Source: Octopus sinensis
Taxonomy: Eukaryota
Direction of reading: 5' to 3'
NCBI RefSeq assembly: GCF_006345805.1
Contig: NC_043004.1
Span: forward strand, 21,576,001-21,640,000
DNA: 64,000 nucleotides
The stretch's first letter is position 1; the number at the start of each line of letters is the position of its first letter. The notes beneath the pieces were generated by a model. It had not been told where the DNA came from. It worked only from the letters and a program-made list of their open reading frames with translations, and did no database searches. This document shows positions 1 to 11,207 of this stretch, in pieces. The position numbers and the translations under genes are program-made.

Positions 1-1075
1 ACTCTGCAGGCATTAGGAAAAGCACACCCTGTTAATAAAATTGTATTTAATTTCACTGGAAAATAATACTAGATTGAAACACCTCCAAAAAGTAAAACGA
101 TGGTATGTGCTTAGCAGGTGTAGGTTTATATTTTTATTACTTGTGTAAATCGTTATTTACACAAGCATGCTTTTTCATCGTGATGGAAAACAACTTGCGT
201 ATATTCTATTACAATAACCACAGTTGTTTATGCTTGATATTAAATTACGAAGTGCAAAAACATAACGGAAAATATGTGTATGTCTTTTCCTATTTTAACT
301 CTGTGAAATCTTCTTGTAAAGAAAGGGGTTTGTATCAAACTAAGAAGCAAAAATTATTCATCTGATTTGAAATGTTTACAAGAGGTACGAGTTCCCTACT
401 GAAATTGAGAAAATATATATTTTTACTGCTTGAATACGGATTGAATTTGTAGGCTGAGTGTGTGTGTCTGTTCTGATGTTCTGATTCTCAACATGAAAAT
501 CTTCTCTTCATTACTGAAACAATAATTGCTATAAACCAGACTGTGAATCATTCAGTTATAAATGCACAATCTAGGTACAGGCATATTAGGTTTTAAAGTA
601 GTTGTCAATATTCATATTGGTTGGGTTGCTGTCTTCTACACTGTTTCAAACCCCCAAATACTGCGGATTCAATAACTACTTGCTTTCTATAAAGTTCAGG
701 TGAGACCCACAGTGGGATACTGTTCCCAGAATTGAGACAGTACTCTTGTTGCACACAAATATATTCCAGAGAAAGGCTACTCAGTCAATAACAAAAACAC
801 CCAATCTTTGACACACATGCTGTTGCTTCTCCCTGCTTTTTCTACGTTCTTAAAAAGGCCTCTGCTCATTGAAGCTGGCTTCTTTCATATAATTCCTTTC
901 AGGCACTTGCAATTAACTTGTCTCTCCGCCTTTCCTTGGCTATGATGTGTCCAGGACCGTATCCCTACATTGCCAACACATATTCTTTTTCTCCCAGAAT
1001 GTCTGTTTTCTTGAATTCTTCTCGAACATGTCTTTCTTGCAAAATACTAATGGCATCCATCTCATCGATCTCAAC

Positions 1076-1189
1076 GGGACTTCAGGGGGCACAGAGCAGT
1101 GTCCAAAACTCCAGATCTAATTAATAAAATAAGGGACTTCAGGGGGCATAGAGCAGTGTCCAAAACTCCAGATCTAATTAATAAAATAA
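1076..1189. repeat. 57-bp direct tandem duplication
   Basis: gggacttcagggggcaYagagcagtgtccaaaactccagatctaattaataaaataa occurs at 1076-1132 and 1133-1189 with one mismatch. Confidence 0.9.
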
Positions 1190-1464
1190 ACTTTAAATTT
1201 TTCTTTGTCGCTGTTGCTAATCCCCAGGCTCACAATCAAAGGCATTCCAGCCTTGACTATTCTACCATTTTATGAGCATCTTAAATCACATTATCCAATA
1301 CATAATTTCCATTTTTTTATGAGAGTAGATTGTGGTTTGAAGGAGATTTGTCTGCTAATTTCAATAGATCAAGATTTTGTAGTACTTTAAATTTGCTGTA
1401 CGCTTTGAGATTTTTCGTAATCTATCAGATCTTGTGAGTTTTCTAGGCTCTTGTGAAATTTCAG

Positions 1465-1556
1465 TCCAGTACCAGTTGCGTACTGGGGTCGATCTAATCG
1501 ACTGGCCCCCTCCTCCAAAATTTTGGACCTTGTGCCTAGAGTAGAACAGAATATAC
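1465..1556 (+). mobile_element. SINE family 2, 3' fragment
   Basis: agtaccagttgcgtactggggtcgatctaatcgact...ccttgtgcc matches the reverse complement of copies at 30.2 and 42.2 kb. Confidence 0.55.
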
Positions 1557-1705
1557 TCAATTCCCAAATATTTTCACATCTATATACCAGGTAATGTCTT
1601 TTCCTGACTACATTGTCTGTTATCTTAGTAACAACGTCATGCCTTAGAGGAAAGTAGTAGCTTGATGACAACAAAACTGTTGATGCCATATCTACAGACA
1701 TATTA

Positions 1706-3000
1706 TCAGATCATCCCATAAGTTCTGTCCAATTTGACCTTTTTAAAAATTGAATGATATCTAATAGTATTTTAGAATATGTAATGGAATTAAAAATTAT
1801 TTTTATGTATTTGTGTACATTTAAACTAATTAAATATTCTTTTACAGAATAATAGAATCAAAATTTCTTTGGTTAAAACCCTTTCTAACATGAAAGTATC
1901 CAAAGAGCATTTAAGGTACATAATGATTTATGAGTACAAAACAAAAAAGGAAACTCTGCAACCGAAGCGACTCGGAACATGCACTCAGTTTATAGGAAAG
2001 AATACTTGAATGAAAGAACTTGCAGAAAATGTTTTTCAAAATTCAGAAATGGAGATTTCAGCCTTGAAGATGAAAATCGAACAGGATGTCCAGTTGAGTT
2101 TTGATGATAAGCTCCTTGGGGCATTACTTGAAGAAAATCCTGTATTATCAGTTAAAGAATCTGCAATAAAGCTTAGTTCAAACCATACAACTGTTTATCG
2201 TCATCTTCAACAACTTGGAAAGGTTCCTAATCTTGGAAAATGGGTGCCTCATGAATTGTCCCAAAGCAACCGCAAATCTCCAGTTGACATCTGCTCTTCT
2301 CTCCATTCTCGCGAACTCATTTTACCCTTTTTGGATAGACTTGTGACTGGTGACGAAAAATGGATCTTCTACCGAAATGTTAAACGTCGTTAATAGTGGC
2401 TTGGTAAAAGGGAAAAAGCTCAACCACAACTGAGAAGGGAACTTCATGGAAAAAAGGTTCTCCTCGCTATCTGGTGGGTTTGCAAAGGAGTAATTCACTT
2501 TGAATTGTTACCACCTAATGCAACAATCAATGCTCAAGTCTACTGTCAGCAATTAGAGTGTTTGAACCAAGCTTTGAAGAAAAGAAAGGCCCGCTCTAGT
2601 GAATCGAAAAGGAGTGGTGTTTCATCAGGACAATGCGCGACCCCACACTGCAAAGATCACATCACAGAGGATCGAAGAGCTTGGTTGGGAAAAAATTCAT
2701 TATCTACCTTATTCCTCCCACCTTGCTCCTTCAAACTATCATTTGTTTCGTAGTTTACAGAATCATTTGAGGGACATAACTTTCACAAGCCAGGAGGAGA
2801 TCGAAACTGACATTTCAGAGTTCTTCGCTTTGAAACCAAAAGAGTTTTACATTGATGGGATTAAAAAACTTGTAAATAGATGGAATTAAGTCATAGATAA
2901 TTGAGGAAAGTAAATTGATGATTAAATTTCAGTTAAATGTAACATTTAAACACTTGTTTTCTTCATTCAAAATTCGGACAAAACTAATGGGATGACCTGA
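1706..3000 (+). mobile_element. Full-length decayed mariner (Tc1/mariner DD34D) transposon, ~1.3 kb
   Basis: Imperfect TIRs tcagatcatcccataagttctgtcc (1706) and ggacaaaactaatgggatgacctga (to 3000); TA on the left; encloses transposase fragments. Confidence 0.92.
1890..2889 (+). pseudogene. Mariner transposase, frameshifted
   Basis: MKVSKEHLRY start; WVPHEL, TGDEKW, HQDNARPH and YSSHLAPSNYHLF (YSPDLAPSDY-like) motifs spread over several frames. Confidence 0.92.
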
Positions 3001-3949
3001 TGGATACTCGATAGTTTTGATCACACCATGAGAGTTCATGAAGGCTAACGTCTACCTTTATCATTTGTTCTTGTATTTCAGAACTGTATTTTCAGATCAT
3101 GACATAAACGATCGCAATTTCAAGAGAGGTCACATTCCAGTCTCTATCGCTATCATTTTAAATGCTGGGAAACATACCTGTGCTAACCGTTTTATCATGT
3201 GAAGAGTGTTTCTTTTCTCACCTGTCTATTTTTATATGCAAGTTCCTAGAGCAGTTCTTGTTTTACATGGAACATGTTAAACCCTGAGATCAACTGCTGT
3301 GTAAGATGCATTTGCCATTGTTTAACGGTTTTCTGTTTATAATTTAAAATTGCATTGGGATGTAGATATTACATCCTTCGTAAATATTCAGCGATTGCTT
3401 TGTTTTTCGGAATAGTACTCGTTAATGATCTCATGAATTATTTCCAGTGCTATTACTGGGAATTATATCTCTTCAGAATATCAATGCTGTATTATATTAT
3501 TCGGAAGGAGGCCAGTCGACATAGCATTTTCAGGATTATCTGCTAGTCTGATGAGATTAATGTAGTTAAAGTTCAGTAATATTTATGGGTTAAATATTTA
3601 AAGAAAAGCATGAGAAAAAAGGGATATCTAGATCCTAGTAGCCGAGAAGGAAACGGATCAATTGGCAGTTTTTGATTCGGGGAAAAACTGTGGCATGGTG
3701 GCAAAATGAATGTTCAGTTTAATTTAAAAGTAAGTCTACACTGATTTTCAATCCACCCACCATAAAATTCGATGTTGCTGAATACTTTAAATTGATTTTC
3801 TTGCATAATCAGATTTTCGCTTTCTCATTTGATCTCATCAGAACAATCCACCCATCTATCCCTCCCCTCCCTCCCTCCATCCATCTGTGTGCATGCGTAT
3901 GTTTCTATGCACACACTCAGGACACAAGCACACACGCGCTCGCACACAG

Positions 3950-3950
<1 letters not shown>

Positions 3951-3992
<42 letters not shown>
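3951..3992. repeat. (CA)n microsatellite
   Basis: Direct reading. Confidence 0.95.
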
Positions 3993-3995
<3 letters not shown>

Positions 3996-4238
3996 CATAG
4001 TTGTCTGAGGATGGTACAAAAGCTGAAAAAATGTGTGCTTAATACATGTTGATAAAAAGAGTGAGAATAATTTGTAAGGGCCCTCTTCCTAACTAAAGAT
4101 GGTCTTTGAAGGAATTTCCGAGATTGCTTGAGGTTGTGATCATAGCTAGATATACACATACAGTAGAAAAAACATATACTTGCATAAATGCATCATATAC
4201 GTGTGTATGTGTGTGTATGTGTGTGCGTGTGTGTGTGC

Positions 4239-4274
<36 letters not shown>

Positions 4275-4345
4275 GTGTTAAATAAAATGAGACAACAAAG
4301 CCAAGGCTGTGTGGAATTTTCAGGACATTTATAAAAAGAAAGTTA

Positions 4346-4393
4346 GTCACACTGCTCTTTCTGGGATATTAAGGATATCCCTTCATCAGCGAC
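4346..4393 (-). ncRNA. Degenerate type I hammerhead-like motif (family G)
   Basis: Minus strand: gtcg CTGATGA a GGGATAT-cctta-ATATCCC a GAAA gagcagtg tgac. Perfect 7-bp stem II, but stem III and the cleavage triplet are broken. Confidence 0.4.
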
Positions 4394-5253
4394 GATGTGT
4401 GATGGTTAAATAGAGGGAAATATTAGAAATATTTTTTTGGATACCAATACCTCTTATATATATATGAAAAATACTTTGTACCATATGATTGCTGAATTAT
4501 TAATGATTATTTCAATTAGTTATTAACATTTTGAATATTGTTTCCTCTGAGAAGTGTGGTATTTCAAAGCAGCTAAATGGCAAGAAATTACAAACAAATG
4601 ACACTTCGTTTTTGCCGAGAAATAAATACAAAAATAGATAAAATATAGCTAAATATATGCACACGCGCGCTCGCACTCAGTCACACACACACTCAAACAC
4701 ACAATACACACACATCTCATTAAAGAAATGGGAAAAAACATTGAGGATACTTTAATTTACAAAATTTTCGTAAAAGCTTTTCAAGAGAAGAATTATATGA
4801 AGATTTTAAGCCATTAAGAGGACAAAGAGCTATATTATTCTGTATATATTTCAATGATGTGAAATTTCCAAATTTTTTCAACTACATTTTAGATTAAAAC
4901 TTAAAAGCTATCAATATGAATTACAAATTACCTGAGTATGTGTGTGTGTGTGTATGTGTGTGCGTGCTTGTAGATGGGTGGATACATACATGGATACATA
5001 CGAACACAACAGATATTAAGGGACACAGGGTTATATTTTTCCCAAAGAAAACTTTAATACTTAATTAATAATGACAGGAATGTAGGAATATTTTTTATAT
5101 TAAAAATGAATTTTCTAATAATATATAATTTAGTTGTTCTTTTTTCTTTAGTCTCAAGCATGGCTGATCTTTTTATTCTATTCTATATATTGATATAAAT
5201 GTTACACTGCTGGAAGGTTTCTCCTTTTTTTCTTTACAGCATCAATCTATCAA

Positions 5254-5312
<59 letters not shown>

Positions 5313-5482
5313 AAAAAGGGAAACGCGTGCGCGCGCACACACACGCACATAGGCGCAGGCGTGCATGGTTCCAGGTTCAGTCCCACTGCGTGGCACCTTG
5401 GGCAAGTGTCTTCTACTATAACCTCGGGCCGACCAAAGCCTTGTGAGTGAATTTGGTAGACGGAAACTGAAAGAAACCTGTC

Positions 5483-5533
<51 letters not shown>

Positions 5534-5534
5534 A

Positions 5535-5874
5535 ATGTGAAATAGAAAGATGAATAATCTTGTAGTAGATTAATCAAAAGTTTAACCGATACCTTAGTAG
5601 CAAAATCACAGCAGTAAACAGCACGGTTGGAGGTACAACCATCTGGCGTTGCAACCGTGCGTTGGTGCGGATAATTGAAATTAAAACATTATTGGTGAAT
5701 TGAAGAAATGGAGCTGAACGCAGATTGAACAGAAATCGTTTTATTTCATTCTACACGTGTTTCGAAAGGCACAAATTACCAAAATCCGATTGAATAATGG
5801 GACCATATTGTGTCTTTCTCTTCAGGAAGAAAAAAGGAAATCCGTTGGAAAAACAAAAACAGAACAGAGGCGGA
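5535..5874 (-). mobile_element. Hammerhead-bearing non-autonomous element (family B), 5'-truncated copy inside (TA)n
   Basis: Near-identical to the reverse complement of 47121-47460 (one homopolymer difference seen); (TA)n on both sides. Confidence 0.85.
5744..5833 (-). ncRNA. Type I hammerhead ribozyme, intact core (family B)
   Basis: ttc CTGAAGA gaaagacacaa...ttgtgcctttc GAAA C acgt G TA gaa on the minus strand. Confidence 0.8.
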
Positions 5875-6384
5875 TATATATGTATATATATGTATATATA
5901 TATATATACACACACACATATTTATTTATGTATGTATGTGTGTGTCTGTTTGTCCCCCCACCATCAATTGATAACCAATGCTGATGTGTTTATATCATCG
6001 TAACTTAGCGGTTCAGTAAAAGACCCTGATAGAATAAATACTAGGTTTACAATGCATAAATCCTGGGGTCAATTTCTTCTACTAAAACAATTTAAGGGGG
6101 TGCCCCAGCATGGCCGAAGTCAAATGAATTAAACAAATAAAAGAATAAAAGATTATATCAGCTTTTACAAGGAAAAATTGATAATGACTTCGAAGTTTTG
6201 GCTTACTAACTAGTCATATAACGTAGTATATTCTGGTCGCATAAAGAAATACCACGTACCTACATGTTATTAGTATTTACATATCAGCTTCCAAGAATGC
6301 GTTTAATATATGCAATAACCAAACATCGATGTATATAATAGCTATTTAAGCAAGGGGTTCGCGGATAAAAGTATTGGGTGGTTG

Positions 6385-6530
6385 CTGATGAAGAGACACT
6401 TTTTTCTTATTTTTGATTTCATCGTTTGTTTACACCTGACGTCTCGTATACGAAAAACGTTGTAGCAAAGATCGGCGCTGGCTATAAAATATCTATAGAA
6501 TATCTACAGAAATAACCTTAACAAGTAATC
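6385..6530 (+). mobile_element. Repeat family C with decayed hammerhead-like motif
   Basis: ctcgtatacgaaaaacgttgtagcaaag...aaccttaacaa is homologous to minus-strand copies at 53750-53833 and 54905-54988; CTGATGA at 6385 and CTGACG at 6436. Confidence 0.4.
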
Positions 6531-6914
6531 ATAAGGCAGGTTAAATTTCTTTCCAAGCCTTAAGTAGTGTGGGCTGTTTCTTACGTTTGTGGTATAGTGT
6601 GTCTGAAAATTAGGTGTGATGTAAGTGAATATATTAACAGAAAGGCGCGGTGGTGGAGGAGATCTTTATATGAAAGTTTACCTCCTTAAGAAAGCCTATC
6701 GATGCAGAGGAAGGAACGGTGGAGATAGGTTTTTTTGTTTTTTTTCGGTTTGTGAAAGAAAGTTCAATATATTTTAGCTCCAGTGAGACATGTATGGGAA
6801 TCAATGAGTTAGAAGTAAACGTGTGTAAGCTTTGATGTGGGAAATGGATATATTCGAGTCACGATTTGTGATGTTTAAAGATTTCCAAGATTTTTCGTAG
6901 AATTTTAGGGTTCA

Positions 6915-7114
6915 TATTCTTTATTCCTTTACTTGTTTCAGTTATTTGACTGCGGCCATGCTGGAGCACCACCCTAAAAGGTTTTTAATCGGAAAAATCG
7001 ACCCGAGGACTTTTTCTAAAGGTCTTTTTTGTCGAACCGCTAGCTTACAGTGGCATAAACACACCCGCATCGGTTGGCAATCGATGGTGGGGGAACAAAC
7101 ACAAATACCTGTAA

Positions 7115-7165
<51 letters not shown>

Positions 7166-7260
7166 CACGACGTGTTTCTTTCAGTTTCCGCCTACCAAAT
7201 CCAATCAAAAGGCTTTGGCTGGCCCCAGGCCATCGTAGAAGACATTTGACCCAAGGTGCC
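6915..7260 (-). mobile_element. SINE family 1, head truncated
   Basis: Tail gttatttgactgcggccatgctggagcacc, central TA tract and gaagacatttgacccaaggtgcc. Confidence 0.75.
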
Positions 7261-7269
7261 CGAAACATA

Positions 7270-7593
7270 TGGTTAAGAAACAAACATCTTACTACATAGC
7301 CACGCGTATGTATATATATATATATATATATCTTCTATATCCTTCTATATACAGATTTCACGAAGCGGGGATAGACACAACAGTCTTCACACAACGCACT
7401 TCAAATTACTCCACTAAACACGATACTCTAATAAATACAAACTCTCAACAATCCCAAGGATTTCCTACGATTTCTACGAACTCTCAACAACTCCTACGTC
7501 TTTCTTGTCTCAATCAATACGCTACTTTTTATAAGAGCTCGTTTAGTCCATTCTTCCAATCCCACAAGTGTGCCAATGGCTCGAGCCACAACA
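7270..7593 (-). mobile_element. 3' LTR of Ty3/Gypsy element
   Basis: Minus strand: polypurine tract AGGGGGATA (7602-7594) directly before TGTTGTGG; ends ...AACCA at 7270; lies downstream of the integrase fragment. Confidence 0.65.
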
Positions 7594-7639
7594 TATCCCC
7601 CTATTGAAATTGACTTCCGTTGGAATTTAATATTATTAT

Positions 7640-8850
7640 TATTTCCATTTAGTTTCTTTCATTACATCTCCCTTTCTGAGATTTTCTTCGGAGGGAAGTT
7701 TCATATTTCTTCTGTGTAAGTACTGCCTCCAACCGTTCTGTTTGTTTCGTCCCTCTTGTGCTGCTACGCCTCGGTTCGACTTGTGGTGTTGGAACATTGA
7801 AGGTGTCGTAGAGCATGTCCAGGGGTATCTCTTTTCTTTTTTTCCGTATATCTGTTTTAACTAGTTCAAATGTCTTTTGTGTTCCCATTTCTCACCTCTT
7901 ATCATATATGTCATTTTGCCTATTCGTTTTGATACTACTCCGTTTCCCAACCGTCTCTTCTATTTTTATATATTTTGAAAACCAATTGTCACCGATATTA
8001 AAATACTTTGTCATATTTTTAGTGTTTTCCCTATTTGTTTTTCTTACTGGTAACAACTTGTCAAAAATTGATTTTATTTTTCGAGCAAACATTAGTTTCG
8101 CAGGAGACTTGCCTGAACACGTGTTTGGGTTTGGTGTCAATGCAGCGTCATCGATTAACTCGTTTCTTGATTTCTTTAATGCTCTTTTAAATATATCCCC
8201 GAACCCTTCTGCTTGCCTGTTTCATCTTGGGTAACACGGCGGAGTAGAGATGTGTTCAGTTGCGTACATTTTGCAAAAATTTTCAAACTTATACGCAATA
8301 AACTACACACCGTTATGGGATACTATGGTGTCCAGGACACCATATCTTGCAAAGAGTTCATGAAGAAATTCTATTGTTACGGTAGTGGTTGTTTTCTACA
8401 TATTTCCGGCCACTTAGTATAACTTTCAACTACAATCAGGTAATACTGGTTCATTGATGACTCCAACATTTACTGGTCCAGCAAAGTTCATATGAAGTCT
8501 GATCCATAGATTGTCGGTTTTAGGCTACTGTCGGAATTGTACCAGTGGTACTTGGCTGCAAGGGCACAATATCTGCTGGATTTCACCGACTCCTCAATAT
8601 CACGACCCATTGTAGACCAATATACGTAACTTCTTATAAGTGATTTCATTTTCGAAATCCCTCGGTGACCAATATGAAATTCTTTTAATAAACGCTTTTG
8701 TAGTGCGGCTGGCACTACGACTCTTTGTGCGAACATCAATAAATTTCCACACAGTGAGAAATGATTCGCATTTTTATAGCGCAAATTTTAATTTTCTTTG
8801 GCCTTCAGTATTTCTTTCATTTTTATAATTAATTCATCGTTCTCCGGCTT
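7640..8850 (-). pseudogene. Ty3/Gypsy integrase fragment (H2C2 zinc domain, core, C-terminus)
   Basis: RVVVPAALQKRLLKEFHIGHRGISKMKSLIRSYVYW...C..C-type zinc domain; FLHELFARYG core; TPNPNTCSGKSPAKLMFARKIKSIFDKLLP tail; stops and frameshifts. Confidence 0.85.
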
Positions 8851-8875
8851 TGATTTTTTGTCTGGTTACGTAACT

Positions 8876-8982
8876 GGCTATAGTAGAAGACACTTGCCCA
8901 AGGTGCCATGGAGTGGGACTGAATCAGGAACCATGTAATTGGTAAGCAAGCTACTTACCACACAGCCACTCCTACTCCTATG
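8876..8982 (-). mobile_element. SINE family 1, 5' head fragment
   Basis: Reverse complement of gtggctgtgtggtaagtagcttgcttaccaa...ttcagtcccactccatggcaccttgggcaagtg. Confidence 0.75.
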
Positions 8983-9199
8983 TGTATTGATAAAAGTTTA
9001 TTGATTGGCAGTGTATTGTCAGTAAAGTGATAGAGTAGTGGTGGTGTATAGTGTACTGTGAGTAAAAGAATCCGTACACTGTTTAATGATGAATATTTGC
9101 TTAGAAAATTATATTCTAAACAGTATTTCAATAAACTGAGCTGGAATAAAGAGTGTATTCATAGAAACTTTGGTGAAACAGATCAGGTCTGCGTAAAAT

Positions 9200-9550
9200 A
9201 TCGTCATCGTCGTCCTTCTCACCCATCATCATCATCGTCATCAATTGTTATCGTCATCATTTTCATCATCATCATTCTCTTCAGCATCATCTTCATCATT
9301 CTCATTGTCATCTTCATCACCACCATTATCACAATCCTCAATATCCTTATCACATTTTCTTTTTGTTTCAATGTAAACTTACATATATGGACAACAACAA
9401 CTACTACTACTACTGTTGCTACTGCTACTGCTGCTACGCACTACCACCACCACCACTACCACCACTTCACCGCTACTGCCGCCTCCGCCACTGCCACCAC
9501 TTTCTCCGCAATCATCACCTCCTCCGCAATCATCACCTTCTCCGCTATTT
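9200..9550. repeat. Mosaic of degenerate trinucleotide repeats (CAT/ACA/ACT/ACC/GCC)
   Basis: Direct reading. Confidence 0.85.
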
Positions 9551-10464
9551 AAAAATTCGAGTTTCACGAAGTGAAGATTCCACTGAGAAGACTCGTGGTT
9601 GAGAATTAAGGTGTGATGACTTTCAAGCGAAATAGTGTTAGAATATAGCGGCATCAATGAATAATAAGAAGCATTTGTGAAAAATTCGGGTTTTAGCATC
9701 TGCTAAAGTGTCAAGTAAGAGAAAACGAGATCAACTTGGAAGCATCTGTTAAAATGGAATTCAATTTCTCTGCATGAATTCCGCATGAATAAAGAATTCA
9801 AGAAAAAGAAAGACGAAACAAAGTATTGATCGCAAGAAAATGTGTAGGAAGCAAAGACAACGAATTCGTTATTAAAAAAGAAGAAAAGTCTGGAAAAGAA
9901 CCAATGATCGAGGAAAAAAAAATACCCACTGCACAGCAAAAGCTGAGAGCTGAGTATATGTTCCATGTAATATAAAATTCAAATGTAATAAAAAAAATTA
10001 TATCAAAATAAATCTAAGAGAGAAATTACAAGTTTTTACCACTGGATATCTAAAAATTTTAGATTGAATTATTTCAAAAAATATTTAAATTGTGTATGAA
10101 AGAATGAAAGGTGGTAATTTCTTTACTTGTAGCTATTTATTCTTTTAATGAAAAACATAAAAAGTTGTAGAAAATCTTCGATTTTGTCTTTCTGAGATAG
10201 TGTAGTATTTATTCTGTAGCACTTGTTCCATTTAAGTTTTGAGCTAGATTTGAACTCACGACTTTCGATCTTTATGAGCAGAGATAAAAACAGGGAGTGA
10301 GAGAGAGTGTGAGAGTGAGAAAGAAAGTGTGTTTGTGTTCGGATAGAGTGATGAAGATGATGTAGAGAGATGTGAAATATGAAACATGAATAAATATGCA
10401 TGTGTGTGTGTGTGTATATATATATACGTCTATATATATGTATTTGTGTGTGTGTATAAGGAGG

Positions 10465-10630
10465 AATTTCAACCACGTTTCGTGGTTCACTACGCCAATA
10501 GCTCCTTTATAGGATCCAGTGGTTAAAGACATCATCAGGAAGAACCACGTCCTGTTTCGGCCCCTACTCCTCTACCGTTTTAGACGTGACAGCCGACCCT
10601 TTTTTCGGAGGTGTCTTCAGCCCTGGTGTA
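10465..10630 (-). ncRNA. Two tandem hammerhead-like cores, weak stems (family D)
   Basis: Minus strand: CTGAAGA...ccGAAAc and ttcCTGATGAtg...cGAAACgtgGTTgaa; competing hairpin aaccacgaaacgtggtt. Confidence 0.3.
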
Positions 10631-11026
10631 CAGTACATTTTGTCTTTCTCCCTTTTCGCTTTGTTCTTTGATTTCTTCAATGCAGCATCAACGAATATCA
10701 GCGGGTGAATTACCATCCTGTCATGTTTCCCTGTAAATACTCGCCGGTAGGCTCCAGCAGCCAGCACCAGCTAACTGTCACGTGACCCTGTCTAAGCTTA
10801 GACTGACCAATGGAGGGGAAAGACGCATAGATTTGGCCCGCGCTGTCTCTAAACCTACCTTCCAACGGAACAGTGCCGTGTTAGATTGTTCCAGCAACAA
10901 TCAATTAAAACCAGTGGTTTAGCATATTTAAAAAATCCGGAGATTAAAAATTGTGTTACTTACAAAATTAAGAAGAATGACCACTTTAGTGGTCATTCCA
11001 CTTAATTTTGTATATATATATATATA

Positions 11027-11207
11027 TGTACAATGGAATGGTCAGTGGCAAGAGAGGAAGAGGCCAACCAAGAACCCAATGGCTTGACACCATCAAGAGT
11101 GATACCGGAATGGCCATAGCCAATCTGAAAGAAGCGGCCCAGGATAGAACTGACTGGAGGATACTGATCCAACTGGTAACCGAGAGTCGACTTCGACTGA
11201 GCGGATA
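11027..11207 (+). mobile_element. RTE-clade LINE 3' end (RT C-terminus) between (TA)n tracts
   Basis: GMVSGKRGRGQPRTQWLDTIKSDTG...EAAQDRTDWR, the typical RTE ORF end. Confidence 0.8.

Larger units (their letters stand above)
5352..6152 (+). mobile_element. tRNA-derived SINE family 1, interrupted in its central (TA)n by a family B element
   Basis: ggttccaggttcagtcccactgcgtggcaccttgggcaagtgtc head, central TA tract, and tail cagcatggccgaagtcaaatgaattaaacaaataaaagaata; collinear with the complete copy at 59454-59869. Confidence 0.8.

Noticed and set aside
640-1075. Minus-strand reading frame with sparse stops (VEIDEMDAISILQERH...YGPGH)
   Set aside because: May be a decayed transposase, but no diagnostic motif was recognised.
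9058-9699. 164-aa and 106-aa ORFs with hydrophobic or Gly-rich runs
   Set aside because: Produced by trinucleotide low-complexity sequence; no domain motif or convincing splice signals.
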